Positions 1 through 10,724 of a stretch of 64,000 nt of DNA are shown in pieces. Below the pieces are notes generated by a model. That model was not told where the DNA came from, ran no database searches, and saw only the letters and a program-made list of their open reading frames with translations. The first letter of the stretch is position 1. The number at the start of each line of letters is the position of its first letter. The position numbers and the translations under genes were made by a program. The stretch is from an uncultured candidate division Zixibacteria bacterium (GTDB lineage Bacteria; Zixibacteria; MSB-5A5; RBG-16-43-9), in contig OY970208.1 in NCBI GenBank assembly GCA_963713865.1, forward strand, positions 736,001 through 800,000, read 5' to 3'.

Positions 1-160
1 CATATTTGGTGCAAAAAGTATTCTTTATTCTTAGTTTGATTTCAAGGGAAATTATCAGGAGAATAAATAGTGTAACGAAAGCTGGACAGTTATAAATTTT
101 CTCTAACTTTTTTATGATCTTAGAGTTAATTTAATTTTTCTAAAAATTAGAGAAGAAAAA

Positions 161-257
161 TGTTTAAAAACTGAACAATCAAGACAACCCACTAATAAAA
201 CTTTTATGGTTAAGTTCAGAAAAACATACGAGTTATCAAATTGGCAAATCAGTTGCT
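161..257 (+). promoter_or_regulatory. Putative sigma-54 promoter with upstream TGT-N11-ACA activator site
   Basis: TGGCAA-N5-TTGCT at 242-257 fits the -24/-12 consensus; TGTTTAAAAACTGAACA at 161-177 is TGT-N11-ACA; both precede a PEP-CTERM gene. Confidence 0.6.
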
Positions 258-314
258 TATATTTATATATTATTAATACTCATTAAAAAAATTTTAATGA
301 GGGAGGATGGATAA

Positions 315-962
315 ATGAAAAAAGTTTTAGTCGTATTATTCTTTTGGGGAATCTTAGGTCAAACTTCTTACTCTCAGGCTACACTTTTTGATGGGTGGAT
401 GTCTTTCTCCTGTAATTATCTGAGTGATAATATCTATGAATACAGTTACAAGTGGGGTGCTAGCACAACCCTGAACCAAGAGGAGATTGATAATCTCTTT
501 CCGTATGAAACAGGTCCATGTATGAACGATGGGTTATATAGAAGAGCAATTACTGGAATAGGCACAGATTTTGGATTTGCCCTTTGGTGGACCAATACGG
601 TTGATGTACTTTATATCTCTTCAATTTTAGATGATGAACCTGAAATAGAAAATAGAACAGATATAGGTTCTGTTTTTTATGGCTGGGGAGATAGAGCTGC
701 CTGGAATCAGAACAGGGAACTTACCTTTAGAACAAGGAGAAATACCGGGAGACAACAGATACTGGTTAATATAGATTATTATGCTTCATACAACTTAATA
801 TCTGGAGTGGATAGGCCTGGCTTTTGCCTTACTGCAGGAACCCCTCTACAACTTACTGGAAGTTTCGAGCCTGCACCTGAGCCAGGAACTCTTCTTTTAT
901 TAGGCTCAGGTCTATTAGGTTTGGCTGGGTTTGCAAGGTTTAGATCGAAAAAGAAAAGTTAA
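315..962 (+). CDS. PEP-CTERM sorting domain-containing exported protein
   Basis: N-terminal signal peptide; C-terminal APEPGTLLLLGSGLLGLAG followed by basic tail RFRSKKKS. Confidence 0.9.
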   Translation: MKKVLVVLFFWGILGQTSYSQATLFDGWMSFSCNYLSDNIYEYSYKWGASTTLNQEEIDNLFPYETGPCMNDGLYRRAITGIGTDFGFALWWTNTVDVLYISSILDDEPEIENRTDIGSVFYGWGDRAAWNQNRELTFRTRRNTGRQQILVNIDYYASYNLISGVDRPGFCLTAGTPLQLTGSFEPAPEPGTLLLLGSGLLGLAGFARFRSKKKS

Positions 963-1068
963 AAATAGAACAAAAAGCGTAGGTCAGCCATATCCCGCCA
1001 AGAGCGGCTGGTTGACAGTCTATTTAATAATTTAACTTATTAGCTAAGCAGGCCCTGCTATGCCTGAG

Positions 1069-2058
1069 CTACTTAAAGAATTTCTCTTTTACTGGGAAAA
1101 GGCCAAATCCTCCGCCGGTGTGCAAGAATATAACATCTTTATTTTTAAAGAACTCGCCTTTCTTTAGCATATCCAAAAAGCCAAACATCGCTTTACCAGT
1201 ATAGACCGGGTCGAGAAGCATTCCAGTCTGGGAAATAAAAGCTTTAATAAATTCCAGTTCCTCTTTTGTATTCAGGGCATATCCTTTTCCCACATAACCC
1301 TCAATTATCTTAATCTCTTTTTCTGAGAATTTTATCTTCAACCGGTATTGTGAAATGGTTTTTTCCAAAAGCGAATAAATCTTCTCAGCAGGATATGACG
1401 GGAGAAAACGAACATTTATACCTACAACCTCTGTTTTCCATCCAGAAAGTTTTGCACCCAGGAAAAGCCCGCCATAGGTCCCGGCAGAGCTTAAAGCAGT
1501 AAAAATCCTGCTTATTTTCAGATTAAATTTATCTATTTGTTTTTTCATCTCGAAAGATGCTCTGATATAACCCCAGACCCCAAGTGGACTTGAGCCACCC
1601 TCAGGTATGATATAAGGATTTTTACCCTGAGATTTTAATTCTTCTGAAATCTCTTCCATTGTCCTATCCACATTACCATATTCACTAGAGGGAATAAATC
1701 TTATCTCCGTTTTACAAAGTTTATCTAAAAGGAGATTTCCATCAATCTGAGGAGTTTCGTCCCCAAAAAGAATCAGGATTGATTTTAATCCCAGGCGAGC
1801 AGAAACCAATGCAACAGCTCTGGCATGATTAGATTGAAAACCTCCACAGGTGATTAAAGTATCTGCTTTTCTCTTCAGAGCATCATAAGCTAAGAATTCC
1901 AGTTTTCTCACTTTGTTACCCGAAAGACCGAACCCGGTCAGATCATCCCTTTTTATGAATATCTTGTATTCTGAAGGAATAAGCGGAATATCTTTGAGTT
2001 TTTCCAGAGGAGTAGGAATATTTGCCAGATTCAAAGATTTAGGAAAAGATTGTTTCAT
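1069..2058 (-). CDS. dcyD: D-cysteine desulfhydrase / ACC deaminase family PLP enzyme
   Basis: KRDDLTG..SGNKVRKLEF, QSNHAR, IPEGGS, LDPVYTGKA and FLHTGG motifs. Confidence 0.85.
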   Translation of the reverse strand: MKQSFPKSLNLANIPTPLEKLKDIPLIPSEYKIFIKRDDLTGFGLSGNKVRKLEFLAYDALKRKADTLITCGGFQSNHARAVALVSARLGLKSILILFGDETPQIDGNLLLDKLCKTEIRFIPSSEYGNVDRTMEEISEELKSQGKNPYIIPEGGSSPLGVWGYIRASFEMKKQIDKFNLKISRIFTALSSAGTYGGLFLGAKLSGWKTEVVGINVRFLPSYPAEKIYSLLEKTISQYRLKIKFSEKEIKIIEGYVGKGYALNTKEELEFIKAFISQTGMLLDPVYTGKAMFGFLDMLKKGEFFKNKDVIFLHTGGGFGLFPVKEKFFK

Positions 2059-2120
2059 ATTAATTTTAAATTAGTTAATCTTGACTTGGAAAACAAGAAA
2101 ATTCCATTAATGAGTTTCTT

Positions 2121-2147
2121 TAGGGGTGGGGTCACCCCGTCCCTACA
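2121..2147. repeat. GTAG-type REP-like palindrome (near-identical copy at 28239-28266)
   Basis: TAGGGGTGGGGTCACCCCGTCCCTACA vs GTAGGGGCGGGGTCACCCCGCCCCTACA. Confidence 0.7.
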
Positions 2148-2450
2148 ATTTTGCGATCCTGTCCTACGGTGCCTACGGCAGATGTAGTCGCCGTTATTAG
2201 GAAAAGGATCGCACTACGAAATAAAACCTCTTTACAAATTTAGGGCTTGGTTTTAAATTGGTTTTGGATTATTCCCCGCCTTTGAGGGCAAGGCGGGAAT
2301 ACCTGGTGGTAGAACAGACATTCGTGTCTGTTCAGTCAGAGAGCAAAGCATGACCTACGGAGGCGTAGCCACGTAGCCACAGGAATATCTGACCTACTAA
2401 ATGGGTAAACCCAGGTTGCCCTCAACTTGGGTCCATATCCAAGTATATAG

Positions 2451-2891
2451 ATGAGACGTATTTTAGGAATAGATTTCGGTGAAAGAAGGATCGGGTTGGC
2501 ATTATCTGACCCTCTGGGTATAATCGCCCAGCCCTTTTTGACCTTTGATACCCAGAAAGATGGAGACATCTTCAAGAAAATAGAAGAGCTAATCGAAGAG
2601 AAAGGCATAGAAGAGATAGTCCTGGGGATGCCCAGAAATATGGACGGTACCATTGGAGAGAAAGGGAAAGTAGTTCAGGAGTTCTCACAGATGCTTTCCA
2701 ACAGAGTGCAAATACCAATTATTTTTCGCGACGAGAGGTTAAGCTCCGTTGAATCCTTAAGGATTTTGAGGGATGCAGGGGCAAAACTGCACAAATATAA
2801 AAAATCCGTGGATAAACTCTCCGCCGCCTTGATCCTTCAGGGCTATCTGGACAGCTCAAAGCGAAAGGAAGATGAAAAATCAGAGTTTTAA
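2451..2891 (+). CDS. ruvX: Holliday junction resolvase-like RuvX/YqgF (pre-16S rRNA nuclease)
   Basis: ILGIDFGERRIGLALSD, DERLSS and D..SAALILQGYLD motifs. Confidence 0.93.
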   Translation: MRRILGIDFGERRIGLALSDPLGIIAQPFLTFDTQKDGDIFKKIEELIEEKGIEEIVLGMPRNMDGTIGEKGKVVQEFSQMLSNRVQIPIIFRDERLSSVESLRILRDAGAKLHKYKKSVDKLSAALILQGYLDSSKRKEDEKSEF

Positions 2892-4020
2892 AAGCTCACT
2901 TTACCAGTGGACAATCTTCATTCTTTCTACTGTTCTTATTTTCCTCTCTTCAATTCTACTTTTCGTATCAGCTTTGATAATCAACCTGTTTTTACTGGTG
3001 AAAAAAATGACCTATCATTTCAGAAAGAAAACTCTGGTTAAAACTCTTTTATCTTCCTGCATAATCTTACTTTTAATCGTTTTATATATCTTCTTTTATC
3101 CTTTGAGCTGGAAAGTTGAGAAAGACAGTTTCTTTATAGTAGTGGAAAAAGGCGATAATCTGCCAATTATCTCACAGAAACTGAAAAATTCAGGTTTGGG
3201 ATTTAACTCTCCAATTCTCTTTATCTCCTCCAAACTACTGGGCATCGACCGGAAGATCCTCCCTGGAAGGTATGATTTTCAAAAAGGTGTAACCCTTTCT
3301 AATCTCTTAAGAAAATTCTACAAAAACGAAACCTCTTCCATCGACGTTACCATCCCTGAAGGTTATAATCTCTATCAGATAGCCGGGCTTTTAAAAAAAG
3401 AGATAGGGCTGGACTCTGTCCTTTTTGTAAAGACCTCCCTGAATACCAGTTTGATTCACAGCTTGGGATTGGGCACTAAGAGTTTTGAGGGTTATCTTTT
3501 TCCCAATACCTACAGGCTTTTCTGGAAAATGGAACCGGAGAAAATCATCGAAATTATGGTGCAGGAGTTCAAGAAAATTATTGATGTTACAATCCCTATG
3601 CAATTAAAGAGCCTAAATCTGGACCTTTCAAAAATAGTAACTTTAGCCTCCCTGGTGGAATCTGAAGCTAAAGTAGACAACGAGAGACCTTTGATCTCTG
3701 CGGTTTATCATAACCGCTTGAAGATGGGGATGCCTTTACAGTGCGACCCTACGGTTATCTATGCACTGGGCGGGCTGAATCGACCCTTGACCCACGAGGA
3801 TTTAGAAGTTGATTCACCGTATAACACCTATAGATATCCCGGACTTCCTCCAGGACCTATTAGTAACCCTGGAAAAGCCTCCATTCTGGCAGCCTTATTT
3901 CCGGCTAAGGTGAATTATCTTTATTTTGTGGCAAAAGGTGACGGCTCTCATATCTTCTCTGTTAGTTTAGAGGAACATAATCAAGCTATTACTAAAATAA
4001 AAAGGGGAAATAAAAGTTAG
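2872..4020 (+). CDS. mltG: Endolytic transglycosylase MltG
   Basis: TIPEG, EGYLFPNTY, LASLVESE, LQCDPTVIY, SPYNTY..GLPPGPISNPG; follows ruvX. Confidence 0.93.
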   Translation: MKNQSFKSSLYQWTIFILSTVLIFLSSILLFVSALIINLFLLVKKMTYHFRKKTLVKTLLSSCIILLLIVLYIFFYPLSWKVEKDSFFIVVEKGDNLPIISQKLKNSGLGFNSPILFISSKLLGIDRKILPGRYDFQKGVTLSNLLRKFYKNETSSIDVTIPEGYNLYQIAGLLKKEIGLDSVLFVKTSLNTSLIHSLGLGTKSFEGYLFPNTYRLFWKMEPEKIIEIMVQEFKKIIDVTIPMQLKSLNLDLSKIVTLASLVESEAKVDNERPLISAVYHNRLKMGMPLQCDPTVIYALGGLNRPLTHEDLEVDSPYNTYRYPGLPPGPISNPGKASILAALFPAKVNYLYFVAKGDGSHIFSVSLEEHNQAITKIKRGNKS

Positions 4021-4200
4021 AAATGAAAGTTATCAGACAGAAGTTCAACTCCTACCCAAGAGGTAGAAGAAAAAAGTTTGCTTGTTATTAGTCTCCTGAC
4101 TAAAGACCTTTTCCTCGTTAGAGAAGACACCAATGAAGAGCAAGAGTTCTATCAGAAGTAACTGGTGGAACAGGCATCTTGCCTGTTCCTTACAATTTCT

Positions 4201-5271
4201 ATGCGTACCGGAATAGCCTATCTCCCTTTACACTACGGCAAGGCACCGGCCTGGCTTTTCCAGAGGATGAAAAAGCTTGCCCGGGAGATAACCATAATCA
4301 TCGTCTCAGATTTTGGAGCAGAAGAGTTTTTAAAAAGGGTATCAGACCCTTTCTGGTTTCAGTCCTTTGGCTGTGTCTTAGGTTTTGACTGGCATTCCTC
4401 CGGGGTTACTACAACCGTGGGTGGAGCTTTGAAAGAGGGGCTAAAAGGATTAGAAAAAGAGTTAGGTTTGGTTGTCGCAGGAGGTAAAGGTGGAACCTCA
4501 AGGAAGACTCCTTCTGAAATAGAAAGTTTCGGAGAGATTCTATCTTTGCCACAGGAAAAAATTAAGAATCTGGTATATGCTTCCAGGATGAGCGCTAAAG
4601 TCGATACCTCTGCCCTGCAGGATGGTTTTCAGCTTTATCATCACAATTTTATCTTCACCCGTAGGGGAGACTGGGCAGTATTCCAGCAGGGGATGAACCT
4701 GGATTTAAGAGCGGCAAGAAGATATCACTGGCTTTCATCAAGCTTGGAGGATTTTGTAGAAGAACCACATACTGCTATTTGTACTGAGAAAAGATCAACT
4801 ACCCTGGACTTAACCGCTAAAGTAAGTAAAACCACCAGAGAGATGAATGTGGAATTAATTAAAGAAAATTTCCCAACTCTATTGAGAGACCTGAAAAAAT
4901 TGGATACATTAATTTTGCCAAAGTCCCATCCAATTTATCCGGTGAACTTTGATGTTAAAAGATTAGACAAAATTTTAAGAAGCATCAATGATAGAAAACC
5001 AGGGGATTTTGAAAGGATGTTAGGTTTATCCGGAGTAGGTCCAAAAACCATATTAGCTTTAAGCTTAATCTCCGAGCTAATCTATGGCACCAAGCCTTCC
5101 TGGAAAGACCCGGCCCGATACTCTTTTGCCCACGGAGGAAAAGACGGCTATCCCTATCCGGTGCAGAAAGAGACCTACGACCAGTCGATTGAGATTTTAC
5201 GCCAAGCCATAAAAAAAGCAAAAATCGAGAGGTCTGAAAAAATAAAAGCTTTAAAGATATTAAGACCGTAG
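4201..5271 (+). CDS. DUF763 domain-containing protein
   Basis: LPLHYGKAPAWLF, GFDWHSSGVTT and FAHGGKDGYPYPV motifs; ATG at 4201 preferred to the GTG at 4165. Confidence 0.85.
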   Translation: MRTGIAYLPLHYGKAPAWLFQRMKKLAREITIIIVSDFGAEEFLKRVSDPFWFQSFGCVLGFDWHSSGVTTTVGGALKEGLKGLEKELGLVVAGGKGGTSRKTPSEIESFGEILSLPQEKIKNLVYASRMSAKVDTSALQDGFQLYHHNFIFTRRGDWAVFQQGMNLDLRAARRYHWLSSSLEDFVEEPHTAICTEKRSTTLDLTAKVSKTTREMNVELIKENFPTLLRDLKKLDTLILPKSHPIYPVNFDVKRLDKILRSINDRKPGDFERMLGLSGVGPKTILALSLISELIYGTKPSWKDPARYSFAHGGKDGYPYPVQKETYDQSIEILRQAIKKAKIERSEKIKALKILRP

Positions 5272-5471
5272 CGTTGCCACTCCTGTGGCAACGAATGGAC
5301 GTCCTCATAGGAATGAGGACGCTACAGTTTTTTGGAGTACATTATCCGTGATGATGCTGTGCATCCTTTGGATGCATTCAGTAAAAATCCTACGGGCGCT
5401 ACTAAGACCTCGGTATCCCACTTTGCCCTCAAGGTGGGATTTTTCTCTGTGGAGACGCATGCAATGCGTCT

Positions 5472-7928
5472 CTACTTCAATAACACTAATTTCTTTGCCT
5501 CAGAAAAATCTCCAATTTTTATCTGATAAAAATAAATTCCTGAAGCAACCTCTTTTCCTGAATTATCCTTCCCATCCCAGAGAACAGACTTATAACCTGC
5601 AGATAAATTTTCGGAAACTAAAGTCCTCACTTTTCTACCCAAGATATCATAAATCTCTAAGCTGACAAAACCTGAATTCACCAGAGCAAATTCTATCTTG
5701 GTGCTCTGATTAAAAGGATTTGGGTAATTCTGAGACAAGGAAAACTGTTTGGGCAATTGGTTAATTTCCTCTTCATCTTCTACGTTGACAATAATGGTCC
5801 GATTAAAAAGAATGGATACATTGTCGCTCCAATCATTTGCCACTGCCAGGTCTAAATCTTTATCCCCGTCTAAATCCGCACAAAAAATAGAAGAAGGAAT
5901 AGATCCTGCACCATAATCCACCCTGGTCTGAAAAGTCCCATCCCCGTTGTTCTTTAAGATGGAAACATTGTTGCTACCACCATTTGCGACCGCCAGGTCC
6001 AAATCTGCATCCCCATCTAAATCCGCACAAAAAACTGAAGTAGGACTATCTCCTGCACCGTAATCGACCTTGGTCTGAAAAGTCCCATCCCCGTTGTTCT
6101 TTAGGATGGAAACATTGTCGCTACCACCATTTGCGACCGCCAGGTCCAAATCTGCATCCCCATCTAAATCCGCACAAAAAACAGAAGTAGGATAAGTTCC
6201 TGCACCATAATCCACCTTGGTCTGAAAAGTCCCATCCCCGTTGTTCTTTAAGATGGAGACATTGTCGCTACCATAATTTGCCACTGCTAAGTCTAAATCT
6301 GCATTCCCATCTAAATCCGCACAAAAAACAGAAAAAGGACCATCTCCTGCACCATAATCCATCTTAGTCTGAAAAGTCCCATCCCCGTTGTTCTTTAGGA
6401 TGGAAACATTGTCGCTAAGCCAATTTGCCACTGCTAGGTCTAAATCTGTATTCCCATCTAAATCCGCACAAAAAACAGAAGAAGGACTAGATCCTGCACC
6501 ATAATCTACCTTAGCCTGAAAAGTCCCATCCCCGTTGTTCTTTAAGACGGAAACATTGTCGCTACCACTATTTGCCACTGCTAAATCTAAATCTGTATCC
6601 CCATCTAAATCCGCACAAAAAACAGAAGTAGGATAAGCTCCTGCACCATAATCCATCTTAGTCTGAAAGGTCCCATCCCCGTTATTCTTTAAGATGGATA
6701 CATTGTCGCTCCAGCCATTTGCCACTGCTAGGTCTAAATCTGTATCCCCGTCTAAATCCGCACAAAAAACAGACCAAGGAACATTTCCTGCACCATATTC
6801 CACATTAGTCTGAAAAGTCCCATCCCCGTTGTTCTTTAGGATGGACACATTGTTGCTACCACCATTTGCGACCGCCAGGTCTAAATCTGCATCCCCATCT
6901 AAATCCGCACAAAAAACTGAAGTAGGACTATCTCCTCCACCGTAATCGACCTTGGTCTGAAAAGTCCCATCCCCGTTGTTCTTTAAGATGGAAACATTGT
7001 CGCCGTCCTGATTTGCCACTGCTAAGTCTAAATCTGTATCCCCGTCTAAATCCGCACAAAAAACAGAACGAGGACTATCTCCTGCACCATAATCCACCTT
7101 AGTCTGAAAAGTCCCATCCCCGTTGTTCTTTAAGATGGAAACATTGTTGCTACCACTATTTGCCACTGCTAAGTCTAAATCTGTATCTCCATCTAAATCC
7201 GCACAAAAAACAGAAATAGGATACAATCCTGCACCATAGTTGACCGCACTCTGAAAAGTCCCATCCCCGTTGTTCTTTAAGATGGAAACATTGTTGCTTC
7301 CATAATTTACCACTGCCAAGTCTAAATCTGTATCCCCATCTAAATCCGCACAAAAAATAGAAAAAGGTAATTGTCCTGCACCATAATCTACTTTAACCTG
7401 AAAAGTCCCATCCCCGTTGTTCTTTAAGATGGAAACATTGTCGCCGTCCTGATTTGCCACTGCCAGGTCTAAATCTGTATCCCCATCTAAATCCGCACAA
7501 AAAATAGAAGCAGGATAAACTCCTGCACCATAGTTGACCGCACTCTGAAAAGTCCCGTCCCCGTTGTTCTTTAAGATGGAGATATTGTTGCTTCCATAAT
7601 TTGCCACTGCTAAATCTAAATCAGCATCCCCATCTAAATCCGCACAAAAAACAGAATAAGGATTATATCCTGCAACATAATCCACCTTAGCCTGAAAAGT
7701 CCCATCACCATTGTTCTTTAAGATGGAAACATTGTCGCTACCCCCATTTGCCACAGCTAAGTCCAGATCGCCATCCCCATCTAAATCCGCACAAAAAACA
7801 GAACGAGGATCCAATCCTGCGTCATAGTCTATCCTTGTATCAAAAAGCGGTTCAAAAGCTTGTGCGAAATGTGGGAAAGTAAATAAGAATAAAAAAAGGG
7901 CTGTGAAAAACTTGCCTTTTGAAGACAT
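5472..7928 (-). CDS. Secreted FG-GAP/VCBS repeat protein (14 repeats, probably two 7-bladed beta-propellers) with C-terminal secretion-tail/FlgD-like Ig domain
   Basis: Signal peptide after AAGGAGG RBS (ATG 7928); 14 x 49-aa repeats containing [15 protein letters not shown]; tail LSQNYPNPFN..WDGKD..SGIYFY. Confidence 0.88.
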   Translation of the reverse strand: MSSKGKFFTALFLFLFTFPHFAQAFEPLFDTRIDYDAGLDPRSVFCADLDGDGDLDLAVANGGSDNVSILKNNGDGTFQAKVDYVAGYNPYSVFCADLDGDADLDLAVANYGSNNISILKNNGDGTFQSAVNYGAGVYPASIFCADLDGDTDLDLAVANQDGDNVSILKNNGDGTFQVKVDYGAGQLPFSIFCADLDGDTDLDLAVVNYGSNNVSILKNNGDGTFQSAVNYGAGLYPISVFCADLDGDTDLDLAVANSGSNNVSILKNNGDGTFQTKVDYGAGDSPRSVFCADLDGDTDLDLAVANQDGDNVSILKNNGDGTFQTKVDYGGGDSPTSVFCADLDGDADLDLAVANGGSNNVSILKNNGDGTFQTNVEYGAGNVPWSVFCADLDGDTDLDLAVANGWSDNVSILKNNGDGTFQTKMDYGAGAYPTSVFCADLDGDTDLDLAVANSGSDNVSVLKNNGDGTFQAKVDYGAGSSPSSVFCADLDGNTDLDLAVANWLSDNVSILKNNGDGTFQTKMDYGAGDGPFSVFCADLDGNADLDLAVANYGSDNVSILKNNGDGTFQTKVDYGAGTYPTSVFCADLDGDADLDLAVANGGSDNVSILKNNGDGTFQTKVDYGAGDSPTSVFCADLDGDADLDLAVANGGSNNVSILKNNGDGTFQTRVDYGAGSIPSSIFCADLDGDKDLDLAVANDWSDNVSILFNRTIIVNVEDEEEINQLPKQFSLSQNYPNPFNQSTKIEFALVNSGFVSLEIYDILGRKVRTLVSENLSAGYKSVLWDGKDNSGKEVASGIYFYQIKIGDFSEAKKLVLLK
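5800..7830 (-). repeat. Intragenic tandem array of 14 x 147-bp coding repeats
   Basis: Core such as CCCCATCTAAATCCGCACAAAAAA recurs with a 147-bp period; boundaries approximate. Confidence 0.95.
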
Positions 7929-8204
7929 CTCTGCCTCCTTTCTGGGATACATGTGTGTAACAATATATTCATAACTCAAAAATGAAAAAAGTCAATATAA
8001 ATATTCTAAAAAATATGGAGTGCATCATCCGTAGGATGCTTTAAAATCACCTCTCCCCTCTACGAGCCGTAAAGCTATAATCGGTTTGTGAGAGAGGGCT
8101 TCGGTGGGAGCTCAGCCGAACAGTTATGGTGAGGGGGAATAGAAATAGTATCACCCTCCCCCTACCCCCTCCCATTAAGGGAGGGGTAATAAGCATTAAC
8201 ACGG

Positions 8205-8278
8205 TCAATGCACTCCATAAAAGACGTCCGGGATAAACCCGGACGCTACATTCTGTAGCCCCACCTTGCCCACAAGGT
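8205..8278 (+). repeat. ~75-bp direct repeat (second copy ~11026-11101) flanking the second FG-GAP gene
   Basis: TCAATGCACTCCAnAAAAGACGTCCGGGATAAACCyGGACGCTACATTCT..CCCCACCTTGCCCACAAGGT present at both sites. Confidence 0.8.
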
Positions 8279-8306
8279 AGGATTCGACATCCGTCATGAT
8301 TTTTTA

Positions 8307-10724
8307 TCATTTACAGAGCGGAGGTCCAGATTTAAAAAGGTAATTGATAAGATAGACTATATCCGAAAGAGAGGTCTTGCCATCACAATTGGTATTTCCA
8401 GCCTGGCTCGGAACAGGAGCAGGGCCGAATTTGAAAAGATAATTTATCAGATATACCACATCCGCAAGACTTGCCGAGCCATCACCATTTACATCCCCTG
8501 CGATGTAAGCGGGGATGTTACTTAGGTTAAGCAAAATGGAAACGTTATCGCTATTAAAATTTGCCACTGCTAAATCCAGGTCCAGATCGCCGTCCAGGTC
8601 CGCACTGAAAACAGATTGAGGATCATCTCCTACAGGGTAGTTAGTTTTAGACTGAAAAGTCGCATTCCCGTTGTTTTTTAAAACGGAGATATTGTCTTCA
8701 CCAATATTCGTTACTGCTAAGTCTAAATCTGAATCTCCATCTAAATTCGCACAAAAAACAGAAGTGGGGCCATCTCCTGCCAAATAATCGACTTTAGCTT
8801 GAAATGTCCCATCTCCGTTATTCTTTAAGATGGAAATACTATCGCTGCCAAAATTTGCCACAGCCAAGTCTAAATCTTTATCCCCGTCTAAATCTGCACA
8901 AAAAACAGAAGCTGGATAATCTCCTGCACCGTAATCAATTTTAGTCTCGAACGTCCCATCCCCATTATTTTTTAATATAGAAACATTGTCGTTTAGATAA
9001 TTTGCCACAGCTAAATCATAATCCAAATCACCATCTAAATCTGCACCAAAAACAGACTGGGGACCATCTCCTGCTGCATAGTCAACTTTAGGTTGAAATG
9101 TTCCATCACCGTTATTCTTTAAAATGGAAACGTTGTCAGTAGCAAAATTTGCCACGGCTAAATCTAAATCCAGGTCCCCATCTAAATCTGCACAAAAAAC
9201 AGAAGCGGGGTAATCCCCTGCACCATAGTTAACTTTAGTCTGAAATGTTCCATCTCCGTTATTTTTTAAGATGGAAACGTTATTGCTTAAATAATTTGCT
9301 ACTGCAATGTCCAAATCTGTATCCCCGTCTAAGTCTGCACAGGAAATGGAAACAGGATAATTCCCGGTTCCATAGTTGACTGCAGTTTGAAAAGTCCCGT
9401 CCCCGTTGTTCTTAAGGATGGAGATATTATTGCTGTAAAAATTAGCCACAGCTAAGTCCAGATCTTTGTCCCCATCCAAGTCGGCACTAAAAACAGAAAT
9501 CGGACCATCTCCTGCTGTATAGTTTACCGGCAGGGTAAAGTAAGCGAAGTTAGCCTTATAAAGTGCCAGAGCATAATCAGAATTTGCCTTAAGCAGGTTC
9601 TCGCTTTGCCCGGCTACTACCCCAAAAACCACTCTGATAGAATCACCAACCAGCAAATCAAAAGGACCGGTCCCCTGGCAGAATCTTTTGTCCTGAGGGG
9701 AAGTATCATGGTCGAAAGGTCCACCCGGACGGGGTGATCCGGAAGTGGTCAGCCCTGCCATCAGATTGTATCTTTCCACGTCATTGGCTGGATCAGTATC
9801 TATAGTGAACAAAGTCAAAGAGGTCAAACCCAAAGGACTACCGGATGTATCTTTTGGGCTTTCCAAAAATCTGAAACCCATCATTCCCGGTACACCGCTG
9901 ATGTCCTGGTCATATAGAAGATTATAATTATAAACCCAGCAAAAGTCTCGAGTGGAATCAAACCCGATCATATCATCCGTTGCATTCCCCAAATCCGGGT
10001 CACAGGTGATTCCGAGGTAAACCGAGTCCAGATTCTGGTTTCCTTTATTGAAAATATCCCAGATCATAAATATGATGTCTTTGTCATATTTGGAATTAAA
10101 AGCATAAGTAGTCTGTTTGACCAGGATATTTAACTGATCTCCGGGAATAGCAAAGGGATCATGATAATTAATATCTGCATCGTTATAAAAACACCAGCCG
10201 TCCTCAGCTGAAACGAATTTCGGATTACCCTGAGTATCCTTGACTGGCCAGTTCAGACTATCCTGATGAGACCAGGTTGTAACCTCAGTGGAAAGCAGAA
10301 TCGGATAAGTTGGAGGTGGTCCTGAAATCCCATGGTCAGCTGAATCCGGCTGAACGATAATCCCGGGTCCCCACTCGGAGTAACCATCATTCGGATTATA
10401 TCCAACTGATACCACTTTTTTTAAGCCTCCGCCATCTGCTGGAATCTGCGCCCCAATCCAGATACCTGCTCCGAAGATATACAAATTTCCGGTTCCTTGT
10501 AGCCATTCAGTTCCAGCCCTGCCAGTATAAGGGTTCTGACCAAAAATAGCATCATTTTGAATCGGCATTTTGATATGGTTAACCGTCAGATACTTGGCAT
10601 CAGTTGGGATATTCAAGGGTTTAGCTTTCTTAGCCAAATTACTAGCCTCAATAACTGCTGGTATAGAAAAGGAGAAAAATAAAAAAAGAAAAATGATAGT
10701 AAAGATCTTAAATTTTGGAGACAT
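8307..10724 (-). CDS. Secreted protein: uncharacterised N-terminal domain, 7 FG-GAP repeats, C-terminal dockerin-like domain
   Basis: Signal peptide; 7 repeats of the same 49-aa unit; [45 protein letters not shown] duplicated EF-hand-like tail. Confidence 0.85.
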   Translation of the reverse strand: MSPKFKIFTIIFLFLFFSFSIPAVIEASNLAKKAKPLNIPTDAKYLTVNHIKMPIQNDAIFGQNPYTGRAGTEWLQGTGNLYIFGAGIWIGAQIPADGGGLKKVVSVGYNPNDGYSEWGPGIIVQPDSADHGISGPPPTYPILLSTEVTTWSHQDSLNWPVKDTQGNPKFVSAEDGWCFYNDADINYHDPFAIPGDQLNILVKQTTYAFNSKYDKDIIFMIWDIFNKGNQNLDSVYLGITCDPDLGNATDDMIGFDSTRDFCWVYNYNLLYDQDISGVPGMMGFRFLESPKDTSGSPLGLTSLTLFTIDTDPANDVERYNLMAGLTTSGSPRPGGPFDHDTSPQDKRFCQGTGPFDLLVGDSIRVVFGVVAGQSENLLKANSDYALALYKANFAYFTLPVNYTAGDGPISVFSADLDGDKDLDLAVANFYSNNISILKNNGDGTFQTAVNYGTGNYPVSISCADLDGDTDLDIAVANYLSNNVSILKNNGDGTFQTKVNYGAGDYPASVFCADLDGDLDLDLAVANFATDNVSILKNNGDGTFQPKVDYAAGDGPQSVFGADLDGDLDYDLAVANYLNDNVSILKNNGDGTFETKIDYGAGDYPASVFCADLDGDKDLDLAVANFGSDSISILKNNGDGTFQAKVDYLAGDGPTSVFCANLDGDSDLDLAVTNIGEDNISVLKNNGNATFQSKTNYPVGDDPQSVFSADLDGDLDLDLAVANFNSDNVSILLNLSNIPAYIAGDVNGDGSASLADVVYLINYLFKFGPAPVPSQAGNTNCDGKTSLSDIVYLINYLFKSGPPLCK

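Noticed and set aside
8047-8310. 87-aa ORF, and similar ones at 5285..5665 and 10758..11057
   Set aside because: They run through REP-like palindromes or antisense to real genes and lack protein-like features.
5800-9520. CRISPR array in the regularly spaced repeats
   Set aside because: The 147-bp period is in frame and coding, there are no unique spacers, and no cas genes are in the window.
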